A stretch of DNA of 64,000 nt from Promethearchaeia archaeon (GCA_029856155.1 JAHQWL010000052.1:32001-96000), one strand, 5' to 3'. Counted from the first letter of the stretch, positions 31,116-41,301 are shown. Notes: generated from the letters alone by a model not told the origin. Numbers and translations are program-made.

Positions 31116-32051
31116 ATGGTTGAATTAATAGGGTATATTTTCACCCTTGATGCGATAATTACATGGGCTTTAGCTTCACTCGTCTATAAAAAAGGTTTGG
31201 AAAAAACGCAGCCAAAGGCTAATTTATTTTTTAGATTATGTTGTACTACCCTTGGAACCTTTATATTCTCTTTGATATTTGGCAATTATATTATTCTAAG
31301 AAATCTAAATAATACAGAATTAATTTCTTATTTAATTGCATGTTTGATTTCAGGAATTAGTGTGACAATTGGAGATTTAATGTATTACATGTCATTAAAA
31401 AAAATAGATGCTTCACGTACTTATCCACTCGTGCAAATCTCACTAATATTTGTAATATTCTTTTCTTTTTCCCTTTTTGGTGAAGAAATCACATTTTCAA
31501 TTATACTGGGTGGTGCTTTAATACTCTCAAGTGTTTTTATTCTAAGTACAAAAGATAAGTCTGAAAAAACGGATTTAAAGAAGAGTATGAGAGAAAGAAT
31601 TTCGGAAGATTTAATTATAGGCGTTTTGTTAGCAATTGGTACCGCATTTTTCTGGGCGCTTGCTTATGTGTCATTTAACCAAGCTAGAATTTTAACGGGA
31701 GATGTTTTCATTTCTAATTTTTTGAGAGTAGGTTTTGGAATGATCATGATAGCGATATTAGGTCTATTTCAACGCGAATACTATGCTGGATTTAAAAAAG
31801 AAAACAGGAATAATTTGAAATATTTTATATACATCGGAATAGCTGGGATACTATCTTTAGGTTTCGCAGATGCAATATATATTAAAGCAGCAGAGATTAA
31901 TGGATTAATATTAACATCCACATTTACAGTAAATACACCTATGGTCCAACAAATTTTTTCAATTTTAATTTTGAAAGAAAAGTTTCGTAAAAGGTTTATA
32001 ATTGCTGTGATTTTAATTATTATCGGAAATTATATTATTTTATTCTTGTAA
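31116..32051 (+). CDS. EamA/DMT family transporter
   Basis: Ten TM helices in two repeats, FGEEI / ILKEK. Confidence 0.85.
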   Translation: MVELIGYIFTLDAIITWALASLVYKKGLEKTQPKANLFFRLCCTTLGTFIFSLIFGNYIILRNLNNTELISYLIACLISGISVTIGDLMYYMSLKKIDASRTYPLVQISLIFVIFFSFSLFGEEITFSIILGGALILSSVFILSTKDKSEKTDLKKSMRERISEDLIIGVLLAIGTAFFWALAYVSFNQARILTGDVFISNFLRVGFGMIMIAILGLFQREYYAGFKKENRNNLKYFIYIGIAGILSLGFADAIYIKAAEINGLILTSTFTVNTPMVQQIFSILILKEKFRKRFIIAVILIIIGNYIILFL

Positions 32052-32193
32052 AAAGAGAAGTTAATTTCATATTCAAAACAAATTAATCTGTTTTAATATT
32101 TTGAATGTTCAGAATGATTAATACCGATAATTAAAAACAAGAGAAACTATTATATAATTTATAAGAAATAGTAATGAGAGAGATAATTAAATT

Positions 32194-32853
32194 ATGGATT
32201 TGGATTTGATAAACAAAAATAAAATTCGTGCTGATGACTATATTACTTTTTTGTTAGTTATTTGTTTTCTACTTTTTGCCTGCTTTTCCCCTTTAGAGGC
32301 ACTTTTATCCGTTATAGTTTATCCATTTGCGTCTTTGACTTGTTTGGGTATTTTAAATATTATCAGCGTTATTAAAAAAAGGAATTATGAAAATTATGGA
32401 AAATTTAATAAGATTTTATCGGGAATTATTTATGTAAACTTTTCAGTATTATTCTTATGGTTTATATTAACACAACCTAATGTTACCACTCATAGAATAG
32501 TTGCATTAATTGCATTTCCGATGTTGATTGTAGCATTTGCAGGTATTATAAAAGGAAAAATAATTGATATTTACTCATTAAAATACCGAAGAGTGAATAT
32601 ATATATTGGTATAACTACGTTTATAATTAGCATGTTAGTTTTACTAAATATAATGAATAATTTCTTATTTAATATTATTGCACTTTCTTTCACACTTTTA
32701 GTTAATATTTTAAGCAGAGCAGCTTTATATTTAAGTGAATTTGGATTATCTATTGTGCATATTAAGAATTTAAAACTTTTCTTATATATTATTTCTGATT
32801 ATTTAATACATATAGATAGAAATGGGAATCTAATATTAAGTAAGATTGAATAA
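32194..32853 (+). CDS. Uncharacterised six-TM membrane protein (tandem paralog A)
   Basis: Shares NKIRAD, LIAFPM, YSLKYR, RAALYLSEFGLS and YIISDYL with the next gene. Confidence 0.75.
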   Translation: MDLDLINKNKIRADDYITFLLVICFLLFACFSPLEALLSVIVYPFASLTCLGILNIISVIKKRNYENYGKFNKILSGIIYVNFSVLFLWFILTQPNVTTHRIVALIAFPMLIVAFAGIIKGKIIDIYSLKYRRVNIYIGITTFIISMLVLLNIMNNFLFNIIALSFTLLVNILSRAALYLSEFGLSIVHIKNLKLFLYIISDYLIHIDRNGNLILSKIE

Positions 32854-32988
32854 GTTAAGTTTTTAGAAAGAATTCTTTTTATATGAAGATTTTTAAATCA
32901 CATTTTCTTAACTAAAAATTGATACATTTTTCAGTAATGAAATCAATTTATAAATTAAGTATTTTAATTCAAATTAGGATAATCAGGA

Positions 32989-33666
32989 ATGGTCCCTTAT
33001 CATCTCGTAAATAAAGATAAAATTCGTGCTGATACTTATATATTAGGCATTCTCGTTATATTTTATTTGATTTTTGTTTTAACATTTAAGATCGAAGCTA
33101 TATTCAATATTATTGTTTATCCTCTTGTAGCTCTATCGATTCAGGGGTTTCTGAAGATTATCAGTAGTTTAAATAAGAGAAATAGGGAAAGAGGAAATAA
33201 ATTTAATCAAATTTTATTAGGGATAATATACATATTTTTCTCATTATGGTTTTTAGGATATTTGATTTCATTCCCTAATATTACTTCAAAAACTCTCATC
33301 AATTTAATTGCATTTCCGATGGTGATTGTTGGGATTGCGGGGATTATTAAAAGCATAATCATTAAGATTTATTCATTGAAATATCGAATTATAAATAGTA
33401 TAATTGGGGGCATAACTATAGGAATATGTATGATGGCTTTTACTTCCCCAATAATTCTTCCTACAAGTATTTTTCTATTTCACATTATTGCTTTTTCAAT
33501 TGTATTAATAATTAATGTTTTAGGGAGAGCTGCTCTTTATTTAAGTGAATTTGGATTATCGTTAGTATCTATTAGAAATTTTAAAGTCTTTTTCTATATA
33601 ATATCTGATTATTTACTTCAAGTTGATAGTAATGGAAATCTTATTTTAGACAAAATAAAATATTAA
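32989..33666 (+). CDS. Uncharacterised six-TM membrane protein (tandem paralog B)
   Basis: Collinear paralog of 32194-32853. Confidence 0.75.
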   Translation: MVPYHLVNKDKIRADTYILGILVIFYLIFVLTFKIEAIFNIIVYPLVALSIQGFLKIISSLNKRNRERGNKFNQILLGIIYIFFSLWFLGYLISFPNITSKTLINLIAFPMVIVGIAGIIKSIIIKIYSLKYRIINSIIGGITIGICMMAFTSPIILPTSIFLFHIIAFSIVLIINVLGRAALYLSEFGLSLVSIRNFKVFFYIISDYLLQVDSNGNLILDKIKY

Positions 33667-33874
33667 ATTTGATAAGTTATTATATAGATGGTAAGTAGAA
33701 TCTCATGGTTACTGTTCCTAAGTCAATTAATCACTTAAAAACAACCACGTAATGACTATGAGATAATTCTATTTATATATTCAAAAAATATAAATAAAAA
33801 ATAATAAAAATGATATTAGACCTTAATATTTAATTCCATGTATCATACAAAAAAATTTACGTAATCTGAAAAAT

Positions 33875-34996
33875 GTGTTAACTATGAAGGAGGTTCATTT
33901 TAATAAAGAAAAAGGGTCTGAATTAAAGTTATTTACTCCCGGACCAGTATATGTTCCAGAGAGAGTTTTGAAAGAATTAGCAAAACCAAATGATACTCAT
34001 AGATCGAAACCTTACTCAGAAATGCATCAAAAAGCAACTGAAGGCCTTCAAAAGTTATTATATACTAATAATGAGTGTTTAATTTTTACTTCAAGTGCAA
34101 CAGGGATAATGGAAGCTTGTGTTAGAAATCTAGTTAGAAATGATGAAAAAGCATTATTTTTTTCAATTGGAGCTTTTGGAGATCGATGGTATGCTATTGG
34201 TATATCAAATGGAAAGATCTCTGTTAAAGAAGGTGTTGAATGGGGTAAAGCGATAACTCCCGAGATTGCTCAAGAAGCTTTAAGTAAAGATAAATATTCG
34301 GTCGTTTTTATTCAAGCAAATGAGACATCCACTGGTGTTTATAATCCCATTGATAAAGTAGCTCCAATAATCAAAGATTCGGGGGCGCTATTATGTGTAG
34401 ATGCAACTTCTTCAATGGCAGGAATTAAAGTGGAAGTTGATAAATTGAATATTGATGTTTGCTTAGCTTCTGTTCAAAAATGTTTTGCTTTACCTCCTGG
34501 ACTTGCTGTTTGTTCGGTATCAGATGCTGCATTCGATAAAACAGAAAATGTAAAAAATAGGGGTTTATACTTCGATTTTATTGAATTAAAAAAGAGAAAT
34601 GCAAAACATCAAACTCCAACTACTCCTCCTATACCACAAATAAGAGGCTTAACCGCTCAATTAGATTTTATATTGAATGAAGAAGGTTTGGAGAAGAGAT
34701 TTGAAAGACATGAACAATTAGGAAAACAAACACGTAAGTGGGCAAATGATCTTAATCTTGAGATGTTTCCTGAAAAAGGATATGAATCTAATACGGTTTC
34801 TACAATAAAAAATTCATTAAATCTTGATATTCCAGAAGTGGTTTCTATGCTTCTAGACGAGGGATATCGAATTGTTAATGGATATGGAAATTTAGTAAAT
34901 AAAACATTTCGTATTGGGCATATGGGAGAGATTCAACTTAAAGATCTTGAAGAGATGTTGGAAATTCTTACAGAAATTATAAACAAATTAAAATAA
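33875..34996 (+). CDS. Class V PLP aminotransferase (probable archaeal phosphoserine aminotransferase)
   Basis: FTPGP, NETSTG, VDATSS, SVQKCFALPPG, FRIGHMG; directly upstream of serA. Confidence 0.85.
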   Translation: MLTMKEVHFNKEKGSELKLFTPGPVYVPERVLKELAKPNDTHRSKPYSEMHQKATEGLQKLLYTNNECLIFTSSATGIMEACVRNLVRNDEKALFFSIGAFGDRWYAIGISNGKISVKEGVEWGKAITPEIAQEALSKDKYSVVFIQANETSTGVYNPIDKVAPIIKDSGALLCVDATSSMAGIKVEVDKLNIDVCLASVQKCFALPPGLAVCSVSDAAFDKTENVKNRGLYFDFIELKKRNAKHQTPTTPPIPQIRGLTAQLDFILNEEGLEKRFERHEQLGKQTRKWANDLNLEMFPEKGYESNTVSTIKNSLNLDIPEVVSMLLDEGYRIVNGYGNLVNKTFRIGHMGEIQLKDLEEMLEILTEIINKLK

Positions 34997-35145
34997 AAAC
35001 GATTTAATTTATTAAATAAATGATTTTTCATTTTTTTATCATTCTTCTTTTATATAGAATTCTGTATAATTAAACAAAAACTCTTTAAAGATTTGTAAAC
35101 TAAATGAAGTATTCAATCTAATTAAATTCAATCCGAGTGATTTAA

Positions 35146-36078
35146 ATGAAAATATTAGTTAGCGATAAACTTCAAGATGAAGGGATTAAGATATTTGAAG
35201 AAAATGGATTTGAAGTCGTAAAGAAATTTACAATTACTAAGGAAGAACTTAAACATGAAATTGGAGATTATGATGGTATTGTAATTCGTTCAAGAACAAA
35301 GTTAACCGCTGATGTATTAGAAAATGCTAAGAATTTAAAAGCAATTGGGAGAGCTGGAGTTGGTTTAGATAATATTGATATAAACAAAGCAGCTGAGATG
35401 AATATAAAGGTTTTAAATACTCCTGAAGCTCCTGCTGTTTCCGTAGCAGAATTTGCACTAGGTTTGATGTTAACTTTAGCAAGAAAAATTTCATATGCAG
35501 ATCGTACAACCCATGAAGCACAATGGAAGAAAAATGAATGTTTAGGATATACCTTAAATGGGAGAAAACTTGGATTAGTAGGTTTTGGAAATATAGCAAA
35601 GCATTTAGCAAAAATTGCAATTGCTATGGGGATGGAAGTTGGTGTTTATTCTAGATTTAGTAAAGGTCAAGTAGCTGTTGATGAGGCTAAAGAAATTGGA
35701 TGTTCAATTTATCCTTCAGTTGAAGGTCTATTAAGAGAAGCACAGGTTGTTTCATTACATCTTCCTTCTTCACCTCAAACTGAAAATATAATCAATGAAG
35801 AACGAATTAAATTAATGAGGAAAGATTCTATACTTATTAACACAGCAAGAGGTAATCTAATTGAGGACAAAGCTTTATTGAATGCATTAAAAAACCAAGA
35901 TATCGCAGGTGCGGCTCTTGATGTATATCGTAATGAACCATTAAAAGATCAAGAATTAATTAAATATAATGAGAATTTAGTGTTAACTCCACATATAGCA
36001 TCCCAAAGCATTGAAAATCAAACTGCTGCAGCTATTATGGTTGCTGAAAAAATGTCAAATTTCTTAAAAAGTAAATAA
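35146..36078 (+). CDS. serA: D-3-phosphoglycerate dehydrogenase (short type, no ACT domain)
   Basis: GRAGVGLDNID, GFGNI, INTARG, LDVYRNEP, TPHI. Confidence 0.8.
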   Translation: MKILVSDKLQDEGIKIFEENGFEVVKKFTITKEELKHEIGDYDGIVIRSRTKLTADVLENAKNLKAIGRAGVGLDNIDINKAAEMNIKVLNTPEAPAVSVAEFALGLMLTLARKISYADRTTHEAQWKKNECLGYTLNGRKLGLVGFGNIAKHLAKIAIAMGMEVGVYSRFSKGQVAVDEAKEIGCSIYPSVEGLLREAQVVSLHLPSSPQTENIINEERIKLMRKDSILINTARGNLIEDKALLNALKNQDIAGAALDVYRNEPLKDQELIKYNENLVLTPHIASQSIENQTAAAIMVAEKMSNFLKSK

Positions 36079-36091
36079 TTAATTATAATTT

Positions 36092-37315
36092 TTAATTTTC
36101 TCCTAAATCGTGTAAAATTAATCCCGAAAGAACTTTTGGATCAAACCAAGTGGATTTTGGTGGCATTACTCCTCCTTCATCTGCGATTATTTCCAAATCT
36201 CTGATGTCCACGGGATATAAATTAACAAATAAATCATTTGCATCATCTGTGACATATTTTTCCATTTCTTTTGGATCTTGTGTACCACCTATAAAGAAGA
36301 TATTCTCATCGGAACGAGGGTCTTTAATATTTAAAAGAGGATCCAAGACCCTATCTTGGAGAATTGCAACATCTAAGCTATCGTGTTTGTCTTTGAACTT
36401 TTTATTTTTAACTAATAGTTTATACCATTTACCTCTCAAGCAAATCGCTATTTCATTTTTTTTCTCTGGATTAAACTCATTATTCACAGATATGATCTCA
36501 AAATTACTTTCTAATCTTTTTAAAAAATCTTTCTCTGATATTGGTAATTTTCTAATAACACGATTATATGGTAAAATCCGGATTTGATCGTCCGATGCTA
36601 CATATGATAGTAGATTCTGCCAAGGAGCTTTTATGTTTTTATCTGCACCAGCTTGCTTAAGCTTTATTTTACGGTATTCTGATGCACTAGCAGCTCTGTG
36701 ATGTCCGTCCGCAATGTATATCTTTTCATTTCTAAATAAGTCTTCTAACTTTTGAATTATTTTATGATCAGTTTCTTGCCATAGAAGATGGCGATATCCA
36801 TACTTTTCAAAGTTAAATCTAGGTTCTTTCTTCTTAATTTTTTCAATTAATGCTTTAATCTTTTTATTAGCTTTAAAAAAAGTCCAAACCAAACCTGCAG
36901 CGACATTTGATGACACAATATGATTTGTTCGGTCTTTAAGTGGCTTTTCTCGAGTATTTTCATGCTTAACTATGTTTCCATCTTCATAATCCTGAAGAGA
37001 AACCCCTAATATTAAACCTTGATGACAGAAATTTGTGGATTCTTGTCGATATACAAATATGCTTGGCGTATCTTCTTTCTTAATAATTTTTTTCTCTTTA
37101 AAATTATTATATGATTTAGCAGCATTACGGTAAATTTCATCACCATCTCCATCTGGTAATATAAGATGTACTAATGAATTAGGGTTTTTCTTTAACTCTT
37201 GTTCTTCTTCTTTACTAATAATATCATATGGATTAGTACAGAATTCTTCTGGATTAATAGGAATATAAGGCTTTAAGGGTGTTATCAGTACCATAATATT
37301 AATTAAAAGCTTCAA
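36092..37315 (-). CDS. DUF1015 family protein (likely start ATG 37294)
   Basis: PYDII, KHENT, YIADGHHR, MPPKSTWFDPK; family commonly found beside serC/serA. Confidence 0.9.
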   Translation of the reverse strand: MKLLINIMVLITPLKPYIPINPEEFCTNPYDIISKEEEQELKKNPNSLVHLILPDGDGDEIYRNAAKSYNNFKEKKIIKKEDTPSIFVYRQESTNFCHQGLILGVSLQDYEDGNIVKHENTREKPLKDRTNHIVSSNVAAGLVWTFFKANKKIKALIEKIKKKEPRFNFEKYGYRHLLWQETDHKIIQKLEDLFRNEKIYIADGHHRAASASEYRKIKLKQAGADKNIKAPWQNLLSYVASDDQIRILPYNRVIRKLPISEKDFLKRLESNFEIISVNNEFNPEKKNEIAICLRGKWYKLLVKNKKFKDKHDSLDVAILQDRVLDPLLNIKDPRSDENIFFIGGTQDPKEMEKYVTDDANDLFVNLYPVDIRDLEIIADEGGVMPPKSTWFDPKVLSGLILHDLGEN

Positions 37316-37513
37316 GAATATATATTAATTTCCAAATTTCTATACCTTAAAAATAGCCCTCAATAAATAAATTACACTATTTATTTCCAAAATTATTTAA
37401 TACTAATCTCTCTTAATTATGATAAGTTTTGTTTAAAAAAATTAATAAATATTTTATCTATATAAATATCATAAAAATATCTATTTTAAATTAAATTTTA
37501 AAGAGAATAAACT

Positions 37514-38518
37514 ATGCCTAAAGATTTAAGAAAAACCTTAGACAGTATTGAATCCAGTGAAAAAGAGATCGCTGCTATTAAAGCAAAAACTGATAAATTA
37601 GCTGCTTTAGCAGACCGCCAAAAACGTATTATAAGTGAACAAGAGGGAATAATTGAAGAACAAAAAGTTAAAATTTCGAAAATGTCGGATATTCCAGAAG
37701 ATATACTTGAACTTAAAGAATTAATTGGTGCACAACGACAATATATTAATGAAAAAGACCTTGAATTAGAATATGCGAAAGGTGAAGTTGCCCAATCTTT
37801 AAAAGAATTAGAATTAATCAAAAAACAAATTATTACAACTCAAAAAAAATTAGAAGAAGCTTATGAAACGATGGGCAATTTAAGAACCGAATTGGCTGAA
37901 AAAAACTCAGAATTAATCTTAAAAAAGGAAGCAATGAAAAATCAAGAAACAAAAATAAAAGAATTAGAAGCATTTACTGATAAATTCAAAGAAGAACAAG
38001 TTAAAATGATGGAAGAAATGGAACAAAAACATAGAAATGAGACACAAGAATTAAAATCTAAAATTAATACACTTGATTCCTTTTTAATGGACAGCAAGTT
38101 AACATCTACAGAAAAGACTTCTGAAGCAAAAGATTTTGCTTCCCGATTCGAAAGTATGAGATCAAAATATGATGAGCTAATTGCCAAGGTAGGAGAATTA
38201 GGTGATAAAAATAGAGATGCAAATGAGGAAATTGAGAATTTAACTAAAAAGCTTAATGAATTAAAGACTCTCCAAAAAGATAATATAGATAAAATCAATT
38301 ACTATGACAAGTTAAAACCCATTATGGAAAAGGAACCTCTTTTTAAAACTTTTTTAATAGTTGAAGAAGTTGGAGGAATTACCTTGGAAGATCTTAAAAA
38401 TGCCCTTGGTATTCCTATTGTTACTGTAAAAAAGAATATTCAAACACTTGAAGGGATAGGTCTCATCGAAACGGATGATAGAGATAAAATTGTAGTAAAG
38501 AAGCAGGAAAAGTTTTAA
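37514..38518 (+). CDS. Long coiled-coil protein with C-terminal winged HTH
   Basis: About 265 aa of heptad-rich E/K sequence, then ITLEDLKNALGIPIVTVKKNIQTLEGIGLIE. Confidence 0.75.
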   Translation: MPKDLRKTLDSIESSEKEIAAIKAKTDKLAALADRQKRIISEQEGIIEEQKVKISKMSDIPEDILELKELIGAQRQYINEKDLELEYAKGEVAQSLKELELIKKQIITTQKKLEEAYETMGNLRTELAEKNSELILKKEAMKNQETKIKELEAFTDKFKEEQVKMMEEMEQKHRNETQELKSKINTLDSFLMDSKLTSTEKTSEAKDFASRFESMRSKYDELIAKVGELGDKNRDANEEIENLTKKLNELKTLQKDNIDKINYYDKLKPIMEKEPLFKTFLIVEEVGGITLEDLKNALGIPIVTVKKNIQTLEGIGLIETDDRDKIVVKKQEKF

Positions 38519-38611
38519 AATCCTTCCAATTTCAACAATAAAATTTAAGGTTTTAAATTATCCCTTTAAAAATTATTCCATTGATAAAATAAGGAGTTAA
38601 AATAAATTACG

Positions 38612-38989
38612 CTAAATTTTTGCTAACTGATCGTATAAACTTGGTAATACTTCTTTATACTTATCATCTGGAATTTTTTCAAGTATTTCGGCAGCAATTG
38701 TTTTTAATATCTCACGATATTTTCCAGGTTTCTCATCTCGCCGAAGTAAAAGTGCAACAACATAATTTTCCACGGAAATAAAGTCTTGTCCGACTCCAGA
38801 AAAGAAAGATACTACTTTATTATTTTTAAGAGCAATTGACGCAAATCCAGGTTTCAAAGATTGATATCGATGTGAACTGTAAACTTGTGTTAACAAGTTG
38901 TTTGTTATTTTTAGAGTATTCGGATAAAAACCTTCATTAATAGGACCAATCTCATTATCCCAGCGAATTACAAGAATACCTACAGGCAT
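38612..38989 (-). CDS. Stand-alone longin/uDENN-like domain protein
   Basis: VIRWDNEIGP...YP N-terminal hairpin motif, beta-beta-alpha-beta-beta-alpha pattern, 125 aa. Confidence 0.55.
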   Translation of the reverse strand: MPVGILVIRWDNEIGPINEGFYPNTLKITNNLLTQVYSSHRYQSLKPGFASIALKNNKVVSFFSGVGQDFISVENYVVALLLRRDEKPGKYREILKTIAAEILEKIPDDKYKEVLPSLYDQLAKI

Positions 38990-39263
38990 GATTTTATACC
39001 CTTTAATTTAAGTTATATAAGATAATTACGTAATTTTATTTGTAGACTTGAATCAATACTATTTATGTTATTATTTTAATATCTTACTTTTATTTATTTC
39101 TTTTTATTTTTATGAATATCTTATCTGACCATTAACACAATTCGAATCCCTAACATAAAATAAGCTAAGAAAAAATTTAAATTAAAATTATAACTTTGAT
39201 TTATTGTTACCCTTAAAAGCTAAGAATTACCGCTTTTAAAATAAATTTTCTTATTTTTGCAAT

Positions 39264-39381
39264 GGAGAGGTTACCGAGCATGGTCAAACGCCATTTTACA
39301 CCAAAATGGGTCAAGACTATAGGTGCTGGACTTAAGATCCAGTGGCGCAGGCCTTCGGGAGTTCAAATCTCCCCTTCTCCA
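39264..39381 (+). tRNA. tRNA-Leu(TAA) with a 33-nt intron at position 21/22 (39288-39320)
   Basis: Acceptor GGAGAGG/CUUCUCC, anticodon arm CUGGA-CUUAAGA-UCCAG, long variable arm; splicing restores ACCGAGCAUGGUCAA|AGGUG and an 85-nt tRNA. Confidence 0.93.
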
Positions 39382-39553
39382 CACTTTTTTCTTTATTCTG
39401 GATTAATGTATAAATTCAAATGTGTATTTTGAGGTCCCAAAACATGTAAGGGATTTCTGAAGATGAAGAACTTCCTAACTCAATATTTTTTGAATTCATT
39501 TCAATTTCAAAATCATTTTGGTTTAAAATAGAATAATTAAAAACTAAATTGAG

Positions 39554-40801
39554 TTGAAAGAAAATTATTTCAATACTATCGATACAATAGAAAAAGCGTA
39601 TTGGTTAGGAGTTCTCTATGCTGAGGCTACTATGGAAACTCGAAATCAGAAACCATATAGACTAGGGATTCAAATTGGAACAGATGATGAGATTCTCATA
39701 GATAGATTTATAAAGACATTAGATCTAAATCCAAAAATTAAGCATTATAGGGAAAAAGATAATACTGTTTATGTTAAATTTGTAAATAAAACAATTGTAA
39801 AAGATTTAGTAAAATGGGGTGTTGTACCTAGAAAATCTAAAATTATAGAATTACCAAAACTAAGTAAACGTGAGTTGTATTTAGCTTTTCTTCTTGGTTA
39901 TTATGATGGAGATGGGAAAACTGGTACTACTCGAATTATTACTGGAAGTAAAATCTTTTTAGATCAAATTAAGAAACATTTTGATTTACCATATAAAATT
40001 TATGAAAAAAATTCTTCTGGATTTTGGAGGGGCAGATTCATTGTTAGTCATGCATATTCTATGAGTTTAGGAGTAAATTTATATAACGAGATGTTAGCAA
40101 CTTATCAAAATAGCTTGCCAAGGAAAAGACATAATTTTACAACAGAATCCGAAAGAAAATCAAAAAGTAGAGAGAAGGCTTGGCGTTTAAGTAGAAATAA
40201 ATCAAAACTTTCAATGGAAGTCCTAAAAGAACTTGTGTGGAAATTACCATTATATAAAATTGGTAATATATTTGGAGTATCAGATAAAGTAATTAAGAAA
40301 TGGTGTATAAAATGGGGAATTGTTACCCCTCCTCGAGGATATTGGGTAAAAAAACGTGTTGCTCAAAAAAACAGAATTAATAAGAATAAAGAAAAAGGTA
40401 AATCAGAAGAAAATTCGGTTGAATCCAAAACAGAAAAAGAAGAACAAGAAGAGAAAATTAAAAATAAAAATAAAAATGCGGAACTCCAAGAGGAACACCA
40501 TGAAGAATCATATGAAGAAGTAAGTCAAAAGACTCTGGAAGGTGAAAAAGAGGAATCAGAAGAAGAGACCCAAAAAGAAGAAATTATAGAATCTTCTAAT
40601 AGAAAAGATTTTAATAGTCTTGTTAATGAGTCAAGAGAGCAGCATCCTTTTGATAGTCGATTTAATGAGCTTGAAGAAGATAATGTTTATAACAATCAAT
40701 TTGTTTGGTTTTCTCCACAAGTTAGAGAGAATATTGAGAAAAATAAGGAAAGGTTATTAGAAAAGGCAAAGGAACAGATAGTAAAAAAAATAGATTCATA
40801 A
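39554..40801 (+). CDS. Free-standing double-motif LAGLIDADG endonuclease-like protein with HTH and acidic tail
   Basis: AYWLGVLYAEA and AFLLGYYDGDG; ELVWKLPLYKIGNIFGVSDKVIKKWCIKWGIVTPPRGYW; E/K-rich C-terminus. Confidence 0.8.
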   Translation: MKENYFNTIDTIEKAYWLGVLYAEATMETRNQKPYRLGIQIGTDDEILIDRFIKTLDLNPKIKHYREKDNTVYVKFVNKTIVKDLVKWGVVPRKSKIIELPKLSKRELYLAFLLGYYDGDGKTGTTRIITGSKIFLDQIKKHFDLPYKIYEKNSSGFWRGRFIVSHAYSMSLGVNLYNEMLATYQNSLPRKRHNFTTESERKSKSREKAWRLSRNKSKLSMEVLKELVWKLPLYKIGNIFGVSDKVIKKWCIKWGIVTPPRGYWVKKRVAQKNRINKNKEKGKSEENSVESKTEKEEQEEKIKNKNKNAELQEEHHEESYEEVSQKTLEGEKEESEEETQKEEIIESSNRKDFNSLVNESREQHPFDSRFNELEEDNVYNNQFVWFSPQVRENIEKNKERLLEKAKEQIVKKIDS

Positions 40802-40930
40802 GTTGTACCAGAATCTGAAAAAAAAAAAAAATAATTATTCTTGAGTTTTGACACATTTAAATATTCTATTTTATAGAGATATATATTATAAGACAGAAAA
40901 GGATTATATAACAAAGGCTTAAAATCCTAA

Positions 40931-41200
40931 ATAAATTCAATTCAAAATGAGATTAAGGAAAAGCATTTCTCAAGGCCAAGTTGTAAAAACTGTGGAAAGC
41001 GAATCTATCTACCACGTGTCGGTTATATAAAGGGTGAACGGCTAAAAATTCCTTCCCATTGTCCAGTATGTGGTGAAAAGTACAGTGATGAAATAAAAAA
41101 GCAATTTGTAGCCAGGGAAAGGGTATTGCGTCTAGGACTTTGTGTTATATTAATTACGTACATAACAATTGGATTTATGATATTAATAAATTCCCTATAA
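40931..41200 (+). CDS. Small zinc-ribbon membrane protein with no ATG/GTG/TTG start (not in ORF track)
   Basis: 89-codon open frame INSIQNEIKEKHFSRPSCKNCGKRIYLPRVGYIKGERLKIPSHCPVCGEKY...LGLCVILITYITIGFMILINSL*. Confidence 0.6.
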   Translation: MNSIQNEIKEKHFSRPSCKNCGKRIYLPRVGYIKGERLKIPSHCPVCGEKYSDEIKKQFVARERVLRLGLCVILITYITIGFMILINSL

Positions 41201-41301
41201 CCATTCTAATACAATTTCTTTTTACCTCTAGAATAGACTAATTAATTTTAATTAGTAGAATCCATTTGAAATAAAAAAAAAGTTAGAAATTTTAATTAAT
41301 T

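Noticed and set aside
39382-41300. Integrated provirus or island at tRNA-Leu
   Set aside because: No integrase and no duplicated tRNA 3' end (att site) found in the window
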